From: Candidatus Micrarchaeia archaeon | GTDB taxonomy: Archaea > Micrarchaeota > Micrarchaeia > Burarchaeales > JACRGF01 | Assembly (NCBI GenBank): GCA_038870455.1 | Contig: JAWCPB010000026.1 | Span: 1-16,673, forward strand | Length of the DNA: 16,673 bases | Reading direction: 5' to 3' | Shown: positions 1-9,402 of the stretch, piece after piece | How positions within the stretch are numbered: position 1 is the stretch's first letter | Layout: every line of letters begins with the position of its first letter | Translations under genes and position numbers: made by a program | The notes under the pieces: model-generated | Database searches by the model: none | Seen by the model: the letters and a program-made list of their open reading frames with translations, nothing else | Told to the model about the DNA's origin: nothing

Positions 1-671
1 CCCCGCTGGTGAGGATTCTCTCCGTAGCGGAGCTCCTGCACTTTCTCAAAGTAAGGAGAATAGACTGAAGGAAAGCCGGGCTTGCCCAAGCCCTCGAAGT
101 AAGCTGCTATGACCGCGTCGTAGTGCGCGGTGTGCGCGAACGCCTCGAGCGCGAGCTCCCTCCGCGTGTGCTCGCTGAGCCGGCATCCGTGCAGGCGAAG
201 CTCGCTGAGCACCTGCGCGTAGCGCACGGGGTTGCACACGGCCGCGACCGCCTTGAAGTTTTTTGCGGCGGCGCGCAGGAGGGCTGGCCCGCCGACGTCA
301 ATGTTTTCGAGCGCGTCGTCGAGCGTTGCGCGCGGGCTTGCGATCGTCTTCTCAAATGGATAGAGATTCACGCACACGAGGTCGATGGGCTTTATTCCCT
401 GCTGCCGCAGCTGCCTCTCGTGTTCCTTGTTTCCCCTCAGCGCGAGAACGCCCCCGTGGATTTTCGGGTGAAGGGTTTTGACGCGGCCGCCGAATAGGTC
501 TGGAAAACCCGTTATTTCGGAGACGTCGGTGGTGGGCACGCCCGCCTTCCTGACGGCTTCGGCCGTTCCTCCCGTGGATATGAGCTCAACGCCGAGATCG
601 TGAAGCCCCCTTGCAAAATCAGCTATGCCGCTCTTGTCCGCCACGCTCAGCAGCGCTCGCGTGATTTTCAT
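1..671 (-). CDS. purH: Bifunctional AICAR transformylase/IMP cyclohydrolase, N-terminal part (runs off the left edge)
   Basis: Manual translation from ATG at 671: MKITRALLSVADKSG...STGGTA...GGRVKTLHPKIHGG...IDLVCVNLYPF...ENIDVGGPALLRAAAKN...LRYGENPHQ. The frame stays open to position 1. It is absent from the ORF track because it has no stop in the window. Confidence 0.96.
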   Translation of the reverse strand, partial: MKITRALLSVADKSGIADFARGLHDLGVELISTGGTAEAVRKAGVPTTDVSEITGFPDLFGGRVKTLHPKIHGGVLALRGNKEHERQLRQQGIKPIDLVCVNLYPFEKTIASPRATLDDALENIDVGGPALLRAAAKNFKAVAAVCNPVRYAQVLSELRLHGCRLSEHTRRELALEAFAHTAHYDAVIAAYFEGLGKPGFPSVYSPYFEKVQELRYGENPHQR

Positions 672-689
672 GCAGAACCAGTTGCAAGT

Positions 690-712
690 ATTAGATTATA
701 AAACATTAAAAG
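690..712 (-). promoter_or_regulatory. Putative archaeal TATA box for purH (probably leaderless)
   Basis: AT-rich TTTTATAA on the minus strand about 25 nt upstream of the purH ATG, in a GC-rich background. Confidence 0.45.
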
Positions 713-715
713 CTT

Positions 716-1285
716 TTAGCGCGCGAGCGAAAGAAAGTTGGCGAGAATGCGCTCGCCGCCCTCGGTGTGCCACACCTCGGGGTGAAACTGCACGCCGAAG
801 AGCGGGCGGGACTTGTGTTTCATGGCCTCTATTCTGCAGGTTGCGGAGTGCGCGAGGGAAACAAAGTCTGGCGGAAGCCGCTTCACCTCGTCAAAGTGCG
901 ACACCCACGCGTTGAAGGAAGAGGGAAGGCCCTTGAACAGGAGATCGGGCTCATCAACAGCGATGCGTCCTATGCCGTACTCCGCGCTTTCCCCTCTCCC
1001 CACTTTTCCCCCCAGATAGTGCGCGATGAGCTGGTGTCCCTGGCATATGCCTAGAACGGGCTGGGTGAGAATGCCGCGCGCTGCCCCGAGAATGATGTCC
1101 TTATTCACGTAAAACTCGTCCTTGTAGGCCGAGCCCGGCCCTCCGCTGAGAACGAATGCCTTTGGAGTGGGAAGCGAGGCAAAAGGCGTTTCTTTCGGGA
1201 ATATTTTTGCCTCAAAACCCAGGTCGCGGACAGACCTCCAGATCACGTGCGTGTATTGGCCCCCGTTATCAATAACCGCGATCAT
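716..1285 (-). CDS. guaAA: GMP synthase, glutamine amidotransferase subunit A
   Basis: IDNGGQYT, SGGP, GICQGHQ (catalytic Cys) and GVQFHPE class I GATase motifs. ATG at 1285 preferred; GTG at 1294 is an alternative start. Confidence 0.93.
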   Translation of the reverse strand: MIAVIDNGGQYTHVIWRSVRDLGFEAKIFPKETPFASLPTPKAFVLSGGPGSAYKDEFYVNKDIILGAARGILTQPVLGICQGHQLIAHYLGGKVGRGESAEYGIGRIAVDEPDLLFKGLPSSFNAWVSHFDEVKRLPPDFVSLAHSATCRIEAMKHKSRPLFGVQFHPEVWHTEGGERILANFLSLAR

Positions 1286-1294
1286 CCTTTTCAC

Positions 1295-2254
1295 TCACTC
1301 CAGCTCGATTGTGCCGGGAGGCTTGTTGGTGATGTCGTAAAGCACCCGGCCGACTTCCCTGACTTCGTTTGTGATGCGCGTGGAAATGCGCTCCAAGACG
1401 TCTGCCGGGAGTTTGCTGAAGTTCGCGGTCATGCCGTCAAGCGAGCGCACTGCCCTGACCACTACCGTGTATTGGTAAGCGCGCTCGTCGCCCCTCACGC
1501 CGACAGTCCTCGCCGGGAGAAGCGCGGCGAAGTACTGCCAAGGCCGCTCTATCTCGCCTTTTCGGGCAGCCGCCTCGAGCTCTTCCTCGACGATCCTGCA
1601 GGCTCTGCGGACGACTGCAACGCGCTCGCGCGTGACCTCGCCCACCACCCGGACAGCGAGGCCGGGGCCGGGGAAGGGCTGGCGCTCGCTGACAGCCGGG
1701 GGAAGGCCCAACGCACGGGCGACCTCCCTCACCTCGTGCTTGTAGAGGTCGCGCAGGGGCTCCACGAGACGGAGCTTCATTCCCCCCGGCAGGCCGGCCA
1801 CGTTATGGTGGCTTTTTATCCTCTGCGTGCCAGCGCCCACTCCGCTCTCAATCCAGTCCGGCGCGAGCGTGCCCTGCAGGAGGAAGGTGGCTTTAACCTC
1901 CCGCGCGACTTCCTCGAAAATGCGGATGAAAAGCTCGCCGATGATTTTCCTCTTCTGCTCGGGCTCCTCCACGCCCTTGAGCGCGGTGAAAAAGCGCTCG
2001 CTTGCCTCAATGTGCCTGAGGTTGATGCCCGCTTTTTTCGCTATTTCCCTCACTTGCTTGCTCTCGCCTTCGCGCATGAGGCCCGTGTCGACGAACACGG
2101 CGGTGAAGCTCTTGCCCAGCGCGCGCGCGGCGAGCACGGCGGTCACGGTGCTGTCCACGCCGCCGGAGAGCGCGATGACGGCGTGCCCTCCGCCCACTTC
2201 TTTCTTTATTTGCTCAACTGCGCGCTCGGCGAATTTCTTGGCGTCGAAAGGCAT
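1295..2254 (-). CDS. guaAB: GMP synthase, ATP pyrophosphatase subunit B
   Basis: ALSGGVDS PP-loop, DTGLMR, IKSHHNV, RQPFPGPGLAVR and C-terminal YDITNKPPGTIELE. Start set at ATG 2254 (MPFDAKKF). Confidence 0.95.
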   Translation of the reverse strand: MPFDAKKFAERAVEQIKKEVGGGHAVIALSGGVDSTVTAVLAARALGKSFTAVFVDTGLMREGESKQVREIAKKAGINLRHIEASERFFTALKGVEEPEQKRKIIGELFIRIFEEVAREVKATFLLQGTLAPDWIESGVGAGTQRIKSHHNVAGLPGGMKLRLVEPLRDLYKHEVREVARALGLPPAVSERQPFPGPGLAVRVVGEVTRERVAVVRRACRIVEEELEAAARKGEIERPWQYFAALLPARTVGVRGDERAYQYTVVVRAVRSLDGMTANFSKLPADVLERISTRITNEVREVGRVLYDITNKPPGTIELE

Positions 2255-2318
2255 GGTTTTACTTTGGCGCAAAGGCTTTAAAGCGCTGGCTTCAAAAGCT
2301 AGCAAAACGGGTGGGGGA

Positions 2319-3446
2319 TTGATTTCGGGGAAGGAAATTCAAGAGGTTATCCGAAGGCACAGGTATTCCAGGCCCTGCATCGCGACCCTCGGCTCCCACT
2401 CCGCGCTGGATATCTGCTTGGGGGCAAAGAAGGAAGGCCTGAAAACCATTGTCGTTTGCCAGAAGGGAAGGGAAGAGACTTACGCGAGGTTCTACAAGTC
2501 GGACGGCAAGGCGGGCGTAGTGGATGAAGTCATCGTGCTCGACAGGTTTGCCGACGTTGTCAAGGATGAGGTGCAGGAAAAGCTGAGGAGGGCGCAGGCG
2601 GTGTTCGTGCCCCACAGGTCTTTCGAAGTTTATGTGGGCTTCGACAGGATTGAGAACGATTTTCTAGTGCCGCTTTTCGGCAACCGCGCGCTGTTGAGGG
2701 CTGAAGAGCGCGACGCACCGCGCAACCAGTATTTCCTGCTCGAGAAAGCCGGCATCCGCACGCCCAAGCGGTTCGCCTCGCCGAAGGACATTGACAGAAC
2801 CGTGATCGTCAAGGTCGCGGAGGCCAAAAGAACTTACGAGCGTGCTTTCTTTTTCGCCCACGACCTCGAGGACTATACGAGGGAAAGCACCCAGCTGATT
2901 GCGAAAGGAGTTATCACGAAAGAGGGGCTGGAGAAGGCTGTTATCGAAGAAGTCGTGTGCGGGGCGCAGTGCAATTTCAACTTCTTCCACTCGCCTCTCA
3001 CAGGCAGGCTTGAATTGCTCGGGACTGACGTGAGAAGGCAGACAAACCTAGACGGCGTGTTACGGCTGCCAGCGGACGAGCAGCTGGAGCTGCTGAAGCG
3101 CATCAGGCTGACAACCATCGAGGCAGGCCATGTGGCAGTCACCTTACGCGAGTCGCTTCTCGAGAGCGTCCTGAAGATGGGCGAGGCGTTTGCGAAAGCA
3201 TCCAAAGAAGAGTATCCCCCGGGAGTCATAGGGCCATTCGCGCTGCAGGGCGCGCTCGTGCCAGAGGAGGGGAGGGAAGAGCCCGTGGTGTTTGATGTGA
3301 GCCTCCGCATGCCGGGCTCGCCGGGAACGCGCTTCACGCCGTACAGCGAGTACCTGCACGGGGAGAGCATGAGCGTCGGCCAAAGGGTGGCGAGGGAAAT
3401 AAAGCAGGCGGCAAGGCAAGGAAGGATAGAGAAAGTGGTGACATGA
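2319..3446 (+). CDS. purP: PurP-family ATP-grasp protein (FAICAR synthetase-like), paralogue 1
   Basis: IATLGSHSALDI, FVPHRSF, LFGNR, GPFALQG, DVSLRMPGSPG and GQRVAREIK motifs. Likely TTG start at 2319 after GGTGGGGGA; the ORF track's upstream extension is antisense to guaAB. Confidence 0.88.
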   Translation: MISGKEIQEVIRRHRYSRPCIATLGSHSALDICLGAKKEGLKTIVVCQKGREETYARFYKSDGKAGVVDEVIVLDRFADVVKDEVQEKLRRAQAVFVPHRSFEVYVGFDRIENDFLVPLFGNRALLRAEERDAPRNQYFLLEKAGIRTPKRFASPKDIDRTVIVKVAEAKRTYERAFFFAHDLEDYTRESTQLIAKGVITKEGLEKAVIEEVVCGAQCNFNFFHSPLTGRLELLGTDVRRQTNLDGVLRLPADEQLELLKRIRLTTIEAGHVAVTLRESLLESVLKMGEAFAKASKEEYPPGVIGPFALQGALVPEEGREEPVVFDVSLRMPGSPGTRFTPYSEYLHGESMSVGQRVAREIKQAARQGRIEKVVT

Positions 3447-4519
3447 TCAAAAAAGAGGAGATAGAGCTCATCCTCAAGAAATACGACAGGAAGAAGTTGC
3501 GCATAGCCACGCTGTGCTCCCACTCCTCGCTCCAGATTTTCAACGGTGCGTGGGAGGAAGGGTTCAGGACAATCGGCATTCGTGTGGGCGAAAACCGTGT
3601 CACCTATGATGCATTTCCATACGCCAAGCCCGACATGTTCATCACTGTTGAGGAGTTCAGGGATGTGGAAAGATTCCAGGAGCTTCTCATTGAGCACAAC
3701 GCCATTCTCGTGCCGCACGGCTCGCTCATTGAATTCGTGGGGAGGAGGATAGAGGAGCTGGCAGTACCAATTCTCGGAAACAGAAAGGCCTTGTTATGGG
3801 AGAACGACAGACAGAAGATGATTAAGTGGATGCAGAAAGCAGGCCTCAGGATTCCAAAGACGCTCGAGCCGGGCAAAATAGACAGACCCTGCATTGTCAA
3901 ATTTCCGGGCGCAAAAGGCGGGCGGGGGTATGTGGTTGTGAAGAACGAGGCTGAGTTCGAGCGAAAGATGCGCGAGAGGGGCATAACTGATGAGATGCTG
4001 GCCAAATCAGTCATACAGGAGTACATTGTCGGCATACGCTTCTATCCCCACTACTTCTACTCGCTGTTCCACGACGATGGATTCCGCGTGGGCGAAGGGC
4101 GGCTTGAGCTGCTTGGCATGGACCAGAGGGTAGAAGATAATATAGATGAGATTTACAGGGCGAACACTTTCGGCTATTCGCCGGAACCGCAATTCACAGT
4201 AGTCGGCAATGCCCCAATTGTCGCGCGTGAGTCGCTGCTGGACCAGCTGCTGACCATAGGGCAGAAGACTGTCGATGCGAGCATCGAGCTGTTCGGAGGC
4301 ATTCCGGGCCCATTCTGTGTGGAGACCACGTGCACTGAGAACCTCGAGTTCTATGTATTCGAAATATCCTCGCGTATCGTGGCCGGCACAAATCTCTTCC
4401 CCCGTGGCTCAACCTATTCGTGGTTCACCTTCAACGAGCCAATGAGCATGGGCAGGAGGATTGCGCGCGAGATAAAAATTGCGGCGAAGAAAAACGCGCT
4501 GGAAAAGCTCGTCTACTAG
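3443..4519 (+). CDS. purP: 5-formaminoimidazole-4-carboxamide ribonucleotide synthetase (PurP), paralogue 2
   Basis: IATLCSHSSLQI, VPHGS, GAKGGRGY, GPFCVET, FEISSRIVAGTN and MSMGRRIAREIK motifs. ATGA overlap with the upstream paralogue. Confidence 0.92.
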   Translation: MIKKEEIELILKKYDRKKLRIATLCSHSSLQIFNGAWEEGFRTIGIRVGENRVTYDAFPYAKPDMFITVEEFRDVERFQELLIEHNAILVPHGSLIEFVGRRIEELAVPILGNRKALLWENDRQKMIKWMQKAGLRIPKTLEPGKIDRPCIVKFPGAKGGRGYVVVKNEAEFERKMRERGITDEMLAKSVIQEYIVGIRFYPHYFYSLFHDDGFRVGEGRLELLGMDQRVEDNIDEIYRANTFGYSPEPQFTVVGNAPIVARESLLDQLLTIGQKTVDASIELFGGIPGPFCVETTCTENLEFYVFEISSRIVAGTNLFPRGSTYSWFTFNEPMSMGRRIAREIKIAAKKNALEKLVY

Positions 4520-4768
4520 ATTTTCATATGCTGGATGTTGAAAAAGAAAAAGCGCTGGAAAGAATTAAGAATTATGTGAGCGAGAAAGCGCGAAGAAGTT
4601 GGCCGAGCTCATGCCTGAGAGAGTGTACGTGTGCGGCCCCCAGCCGGAGAGAACGTGCTGAAGGCGCTTGAAATATTTAAATGACGACTCAGGGCGCGGG
4701 CAGCCACTTCCAGCTCACCAACCCTCTGCTCGAATTCATTCACGAGTAGTTCTTGTGATCGGCTTTTT

Positions 4769-6169
4769 TTATCTTTTCCGGTGCAGCAAGAGCCAGGCAA
4801 GCGCGGCGAGTGCAGCGCTCGCCACCACCCACGCGCGCCAGTCAAAACCGCTTTTCTTCCGCCTTTCGGGGATGTAGCTCGATGGCAGGCCTGCGGGCGC
4901 GGGCTGGCCGGCAGACAGGGCGGACTCGAGCGTCGCAAGGGCATTCTCCACCGCGTCGAGCTCGGAAGAGCTGGCGGCTTTGTCGAAATCATGTATTATG
5001 AGAAGGAGAGTTGCGTTGAGTTCGGTTGCGTTTTCACCGAGCGAGGCACGTGCCGCGAGCGCATCGCGCACAGCAGCAATGCGCGCCTCTACTGCGGCCA
5101 GGCGCTGGAGGAGGGCGTCTGCGGCTTGCGTGGCGTTCGCGTAGAGCAGAGCGAAGTCGACAAAAGCCTGGTCAGAGGCATCGAACGCATGCTGTCTGCA
5201 CGAGCCGTCAATTTTGTCGGCGGCCTGCTCGAGCTGGTCGGTGAAGTTTCGGATTTCGGAAAATCTCTGAAGTTGAGCGAAGCGCGTGGCAAAGGCAGAG
5301 ATGTTGGCTATTGCGGCTTCTGTGTTGTTGGCGCAGGCCAGCAGGCGCGCCCGCCAGCCCTCCCTCCTTTCAGTTTCGGCATAGACCTGCGCGCTCACGT
5401 TTTCGGGCGCGAGAATGAGAAGGAGCTTTGTCCGAGCCAGCCCAACCTCCTGCTCGGCTTCGGCGAGCGCGGAATAGTTGAATGCTGATAGAGGACAGAA
5501 GTAATAGCCGGCGGTAAGAAAGAGTGGATTGAGCGAGATGTTCAGCGCGAGCGCGCGCAGGGAGGCGAGGGAGGAGAGCGCGCGCTCAAGCTGACGGGAA
5601 GCGGGCGTTGTGGCGTTGGGGAGGTTACGGATGGCATCGAGCGCGGCATTGAGCTCCGCATCCATGGCCGCGAGCGCGAGCGAGTAATCCACGATGGTGT
5701 GAACGAAAGGCTGGCCGGCGTCGAGCGCGAGCCCACGACAGATTGGCGTGTAGCAGGAAAGCAGGCAGGCATCGAAGTCGCTGCAGGGATACCTGTCTAT
5801 GCCGATGAGCCGCCGGCACTCGCTCTCGGCGGGCTCGCGCGAGGCATTGAAGGCCAGCAGAAGGGCGGCGAGGCGCGCGGACTGCGCGGGCGCGGGAAGG
5901 ACGAGCGAAGGCGAGAGGTTGGCAGTGTGCGAGTAGGCAGACAGGCGCGCGCGAATTTCGCTTTCCGCTGTGACGAGCGATGCGTTCCCTCCCGCATCCG
6001 TAACTGCGATGAACGAGGGAACGCCGTTGATGAGAACGAGAGAGGCGTTGTCATCGAGGAAAAGCGCCTGCGCGCTCTCGTTGAAGTCCAAGTAGCCGCT
6101 GATGAGCACGTCGGGGGAAACCGCGTGCGCCGCCAAGGCGAGAAGTAAGAGCGCGGCGATAGGGCGCAT
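4769..6169 (-). CDS. Secreted, C-terminally membrane-anchored protein with Cys-rich motif and helical/coiled-coil stalk
   Basis: N-terminal signal peptide (MRPIAALLLLALAAHA), Cys cluster CRRLIGIDRYPCSDFDACLLSCYTPIC, several N-x-S/T sequons, and a C-terminal hydrophobic helix followed by HRKR. Confidence 0.8.
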   Translation of the reverse strand: MRPIAALLLLALAAHAVSPDVLISGYLDFNESAQALFLDDNASLVLINGVPSFIAVTDAGGNASLVTAESEIRARLSAYSHTANLSPSLVLPAPAQSARLAALLLAFNASREPAESECRRLIGIDRYPCSDFDACLLSCYTPICRGLALDAGQPFVHTIVDYSLALAAMDAELNAALDAIRNLPNATTPASRQLERALSSLASLRALALNISLNPLFLTAGYYFCPLSAFNYSALAEAEQEVGLARTKLLLILAPENVSAQVYAETERREGWRARLLACANNTEAAIANISAFATRFAQLQRFSEIRNFTDQLEQAADKIDGSCRQHAFDASDQAFVDFALLYANATQAADALLQRLAAVEARIAAVRDALAARASLGENATELNATLLLIIHDFDKAASSSELDAVENALATLESALSAGQPAPAGLPSSYIPERRKKSGFDWRAWVVASAALAALAWLLLHRKR

Positions 6170-6186
6170 GACACCATTTTTCCGGG

Positions 6187-6225
6187 GTATTTAAAGGCGT
6201 TATCGTCGGGCGAAACGTATTTAAA
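6187..6225. promoter_or_regulatory. Divergent promoter region with two GTATTTAAA TATA-like boxes 30 bp apart
   Basis: GTATTTAAA at 6187-6195 and 6217-6225 between divergent genes. The second copy is preceded by a BRE-like CGAAA. Confidence 0.55.
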
Positions 6226-6279
6226 TCAGGGATGTAAACCACCTCCGAGGGCGCCCACGCGCCGTGTGAGGTGGATTGA

Positions 6280-6495
6280 ATGGGACAGAGAATAGGAAAA
6301 GAAAAGATTGAGAGGGAGGAAGGGTATCTGTACTACATCGGAAAGGATGGCTATGTCTGGCGCGCGCCGATGAGGAACAACCCCAGGGGAACCAAGAAGA
6401 GGGTGGGAAACGAAAAAATCACCAAGGAAGCCGGCTGGATGTACTACTTGGACAAGGCCGGCTATGTCGCGCGCGCGAAGCTGAAGAACGCGTAG
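6280..6495 (+). CDS. Small basic protein (71 aa) made of two tandem ~29-aa repeats; putative nucleic-acid-binding protein
   Basis: GAGGTGG Shine-Dalgarno sequence at 6268-6274. Repeats RIGKEKIEREEGYLYYIGKDGYVWRAPM and RVGNEKITKEAGWMYYLDKAGYVARAKL. Followed by a hairpin and T-tract. Confidence 0.85.
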   Translation: MGQRIGKEKIEREEGYLYYIGKDGYVWRAPMRNNPRGTKKRVGNEKITKEAGWMYYLDKAGYVARAKLKNA

Positions 6496-6509
6496 CTGTT
6501 TTGAAGAAA

Positions 6510-6541
6510 AGGGCACGCTTTGTGCCCTCCTTCCTCTTTTT
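6510..6541 (+). terminator. Hairpin plus pyrimidine/T-tract terminator between convergent genes
   Basis: AGGGCAC-gcttt-GTGCCCT stem-loop followed by CCTTCCTCTTTTT. Confidence 0.55.
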
Positions 6542-6589
6542 GTTAGACCTCGAAGCTGCGCGGGAGTTTCTGAAGAGCATCCAGTAGTT

Positions 6590-7927
<1,338 letters not shown>

Positions 7928-8095
7928 CAGACCACCCGTTTTCTATTTTTGGAAAGCATATTAATATAGTTTATCCCAAACGTGCGAATGTTCGATGAAT
8001 AAAGCAAAATTGGCTTAAATAATGAACAATGTTCAACAGCCTGGGCAGGCGCGGCCGCCGGGCAAGTTTTTAAACAGGCAATCGGATATGCAGGC

Positions 8096-9082
8096 ATGCG
8101 CGTGCTTGACTTGGGAAAATGCACTGAAGTCCCCCAGCCGAGTGCAGAAAAATGCAGGGGCAGAGCGGCTTGGGCCGATTTTTCGGAGGAAGAGGCGCGG
8201 GAGGGGTTGGCTTCTCTCGAGATTCCGCTTGAAGTCTTCGAGAGGCTTGAGGAGGCCGAATACCCTTCGTATGAGGAGCTCGAGGCTTGGACGGGCGTGG
8301 TCTTCATCGACCTTGATTACAAGGAGGGAATAAAGAAACGGCGCGTATACGCTTTCTTTAACGAACGCACGCTCGCAACGGTCGGCGCGGGCGAGATTTT
8401 CGCTTCTTTCCTGAAGACTGCTGGAGAAAAGCGCTTGCGGGTTGTGAAAAAAGAGGCCATTATAGTCTACCTCCTGCAGGAACTCACAAAGAAATTCGAG
8501 TACCTTGCGAACAGGCTGGAGGACGAGGTGGAAGGGATTGAGGAAAGGGTGGTCAAAGAGGCTGGCGGGTTGGTGATAAGCAACCTGCTTGACCTCAAGC
8601 GCGCCCTCCTTGTGGCCAACAAAGTATTCTGGCACACGCGCGAATTTGCCTTCGACCTGAAGGTGCACAGAGTGAAGTTCCTGCGTGTGGACGAGAGGAT
8701 TGGGCACGCACTGGACGACATAAGCCACGCGCTCATCTACCTCATCGACCTCAATGCCACTTACCGTGAGGTGCTCACCGACTCGCTGGATGTGCATCAC
8801 GCGGCGATAAGCAACAGGATAAACGAGAAGATAAAGAGGCTCACTGCAATAACCATCCTCCTCGCAATACTCGCCACGGCCAGCGTCGTGCCGAACACAG
8901 TGGCCACGATTTTCGGCATCCCGTATTTCCCTATTCAGAGCGACAGGATAATCGCAACGCTCGCGGGCTTCAGCCTCTTCCCGTGGCACGTCATCCTATT
9001 CCTGATTCTCGCAAGCGTGGTAATCCCCGCGGCGTGGATGCTGTGGTGGTGGCAGGGCTTCAAACCGGAGGCCGAGGAGTAA
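8096..9082 (+). CDS. CorA/ZntB-family divalent cation transporter with a non-canonical signature
   Basis: Helical funnel region (LANRLEDEVEGIEE...LLDLKRALL), SNRINEKIKRLT and two C-terminal TM helices. The usual GMN motif reads GIP. Confidence 0.82.
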   Translation: MRVLDLGKCTEVPQPSAEKCRGRAAWADFSEEEAREGLASLEIPLEVFERLEEAEYPSYEELEAWTGVVFIDLDYKEGIKKRRVYAFFNERTLATVGAGEIFASFLKTAGEKRLRVVKKEAIIVYLLQELTKKFEYLANRLEDEVEGIEERVVKEAGGLVISNLLDLKRALLVANKVFWHTREFAFDLKVHRVKFLRVDERIGHALDDISHALIYLIDLNATYREVLTDSLDVHHAAISNRINEKIKRLTAITILLAILATASVVPNTVATIFGIPYFPIQSDRIIATLAGFSLFPWHVILFLILASVVIPAAWMLWWWQGFKPEAEE

Positions 9083-9118
9083 ATATTTAAAGCGCGACAC
9101 AAAGCGCAATTTGAGGTG
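9083..9118 (+). promoter_or_regulatory. TATA box and Shine-Dalgarno sequence for the DUF350/Hint-Tim44 operon
   Basis: ATATTTAAA at 9083-9091 and GAGGTG at 9113-9118, before the ATG at 9124. Confidence 0.55.
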
Positions 9119-9123
9119 GTCTG

Positions 9124-9390
9124 ATGGTGTTGAGCGCTACAGTGACCGAAAACATGACCCTTGCAGTGCTGTACACACTGCTGGGAGGAATTCTGGGAAT
9201 CTTTTTGATAGGCATTGCGACCTTCATCGTGCCGAAGATAGTGGACAGGCTCACTCCGAGAATAAACGACGAGAGAGAGCTCGCGCGGGGAAACCTTGCA
9301 GTGGCAAGTTATGTGGGGCAGATAACGCAGGCAGTTATATTGGGGATAAGCATAATCATCGCAGCTGCGATAATATCCGGAATATTCTGA
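9124..9390 (+). CDS. DUF350-family (YjfL-like) small membrane protein
   Basis: Two hydrophobic helices flanking DRLTPRINDERELARGNLAVA, matching the family LTP..D..E...GN.AVA pattern. Good SD. Confidence 0.8.
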   Translation: MVLSATVTENMTLAVLYTLLGGILGIFLIGIATFIVPKIVDRLTPRINDERELARGNLAVASYVGQITQAVILGISIIIAAAIISGIF

Positions 9391-9402
9391 AGGGGCAGAC
9401 GA

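Noticed and set aside
46-497. Short ORFs listed in the first 500 nt
   Set aside because: All are alternative frames or antisense of purH, which occupies 1-671 on the minus strand.
1827-2318. N-terminal extension making PurP a 539-aa fusion
   Set aside because: It is the antisense shadow of guaAB; PurP similarity begins at the TTG at 2319, which has its own SD.
7951-7964. NrpR operator upstream of glnA
   Set aside because: GGAA-agcata-TTAA lacks the TTCC half-site of the GGAA-N6-TTCC consensus.
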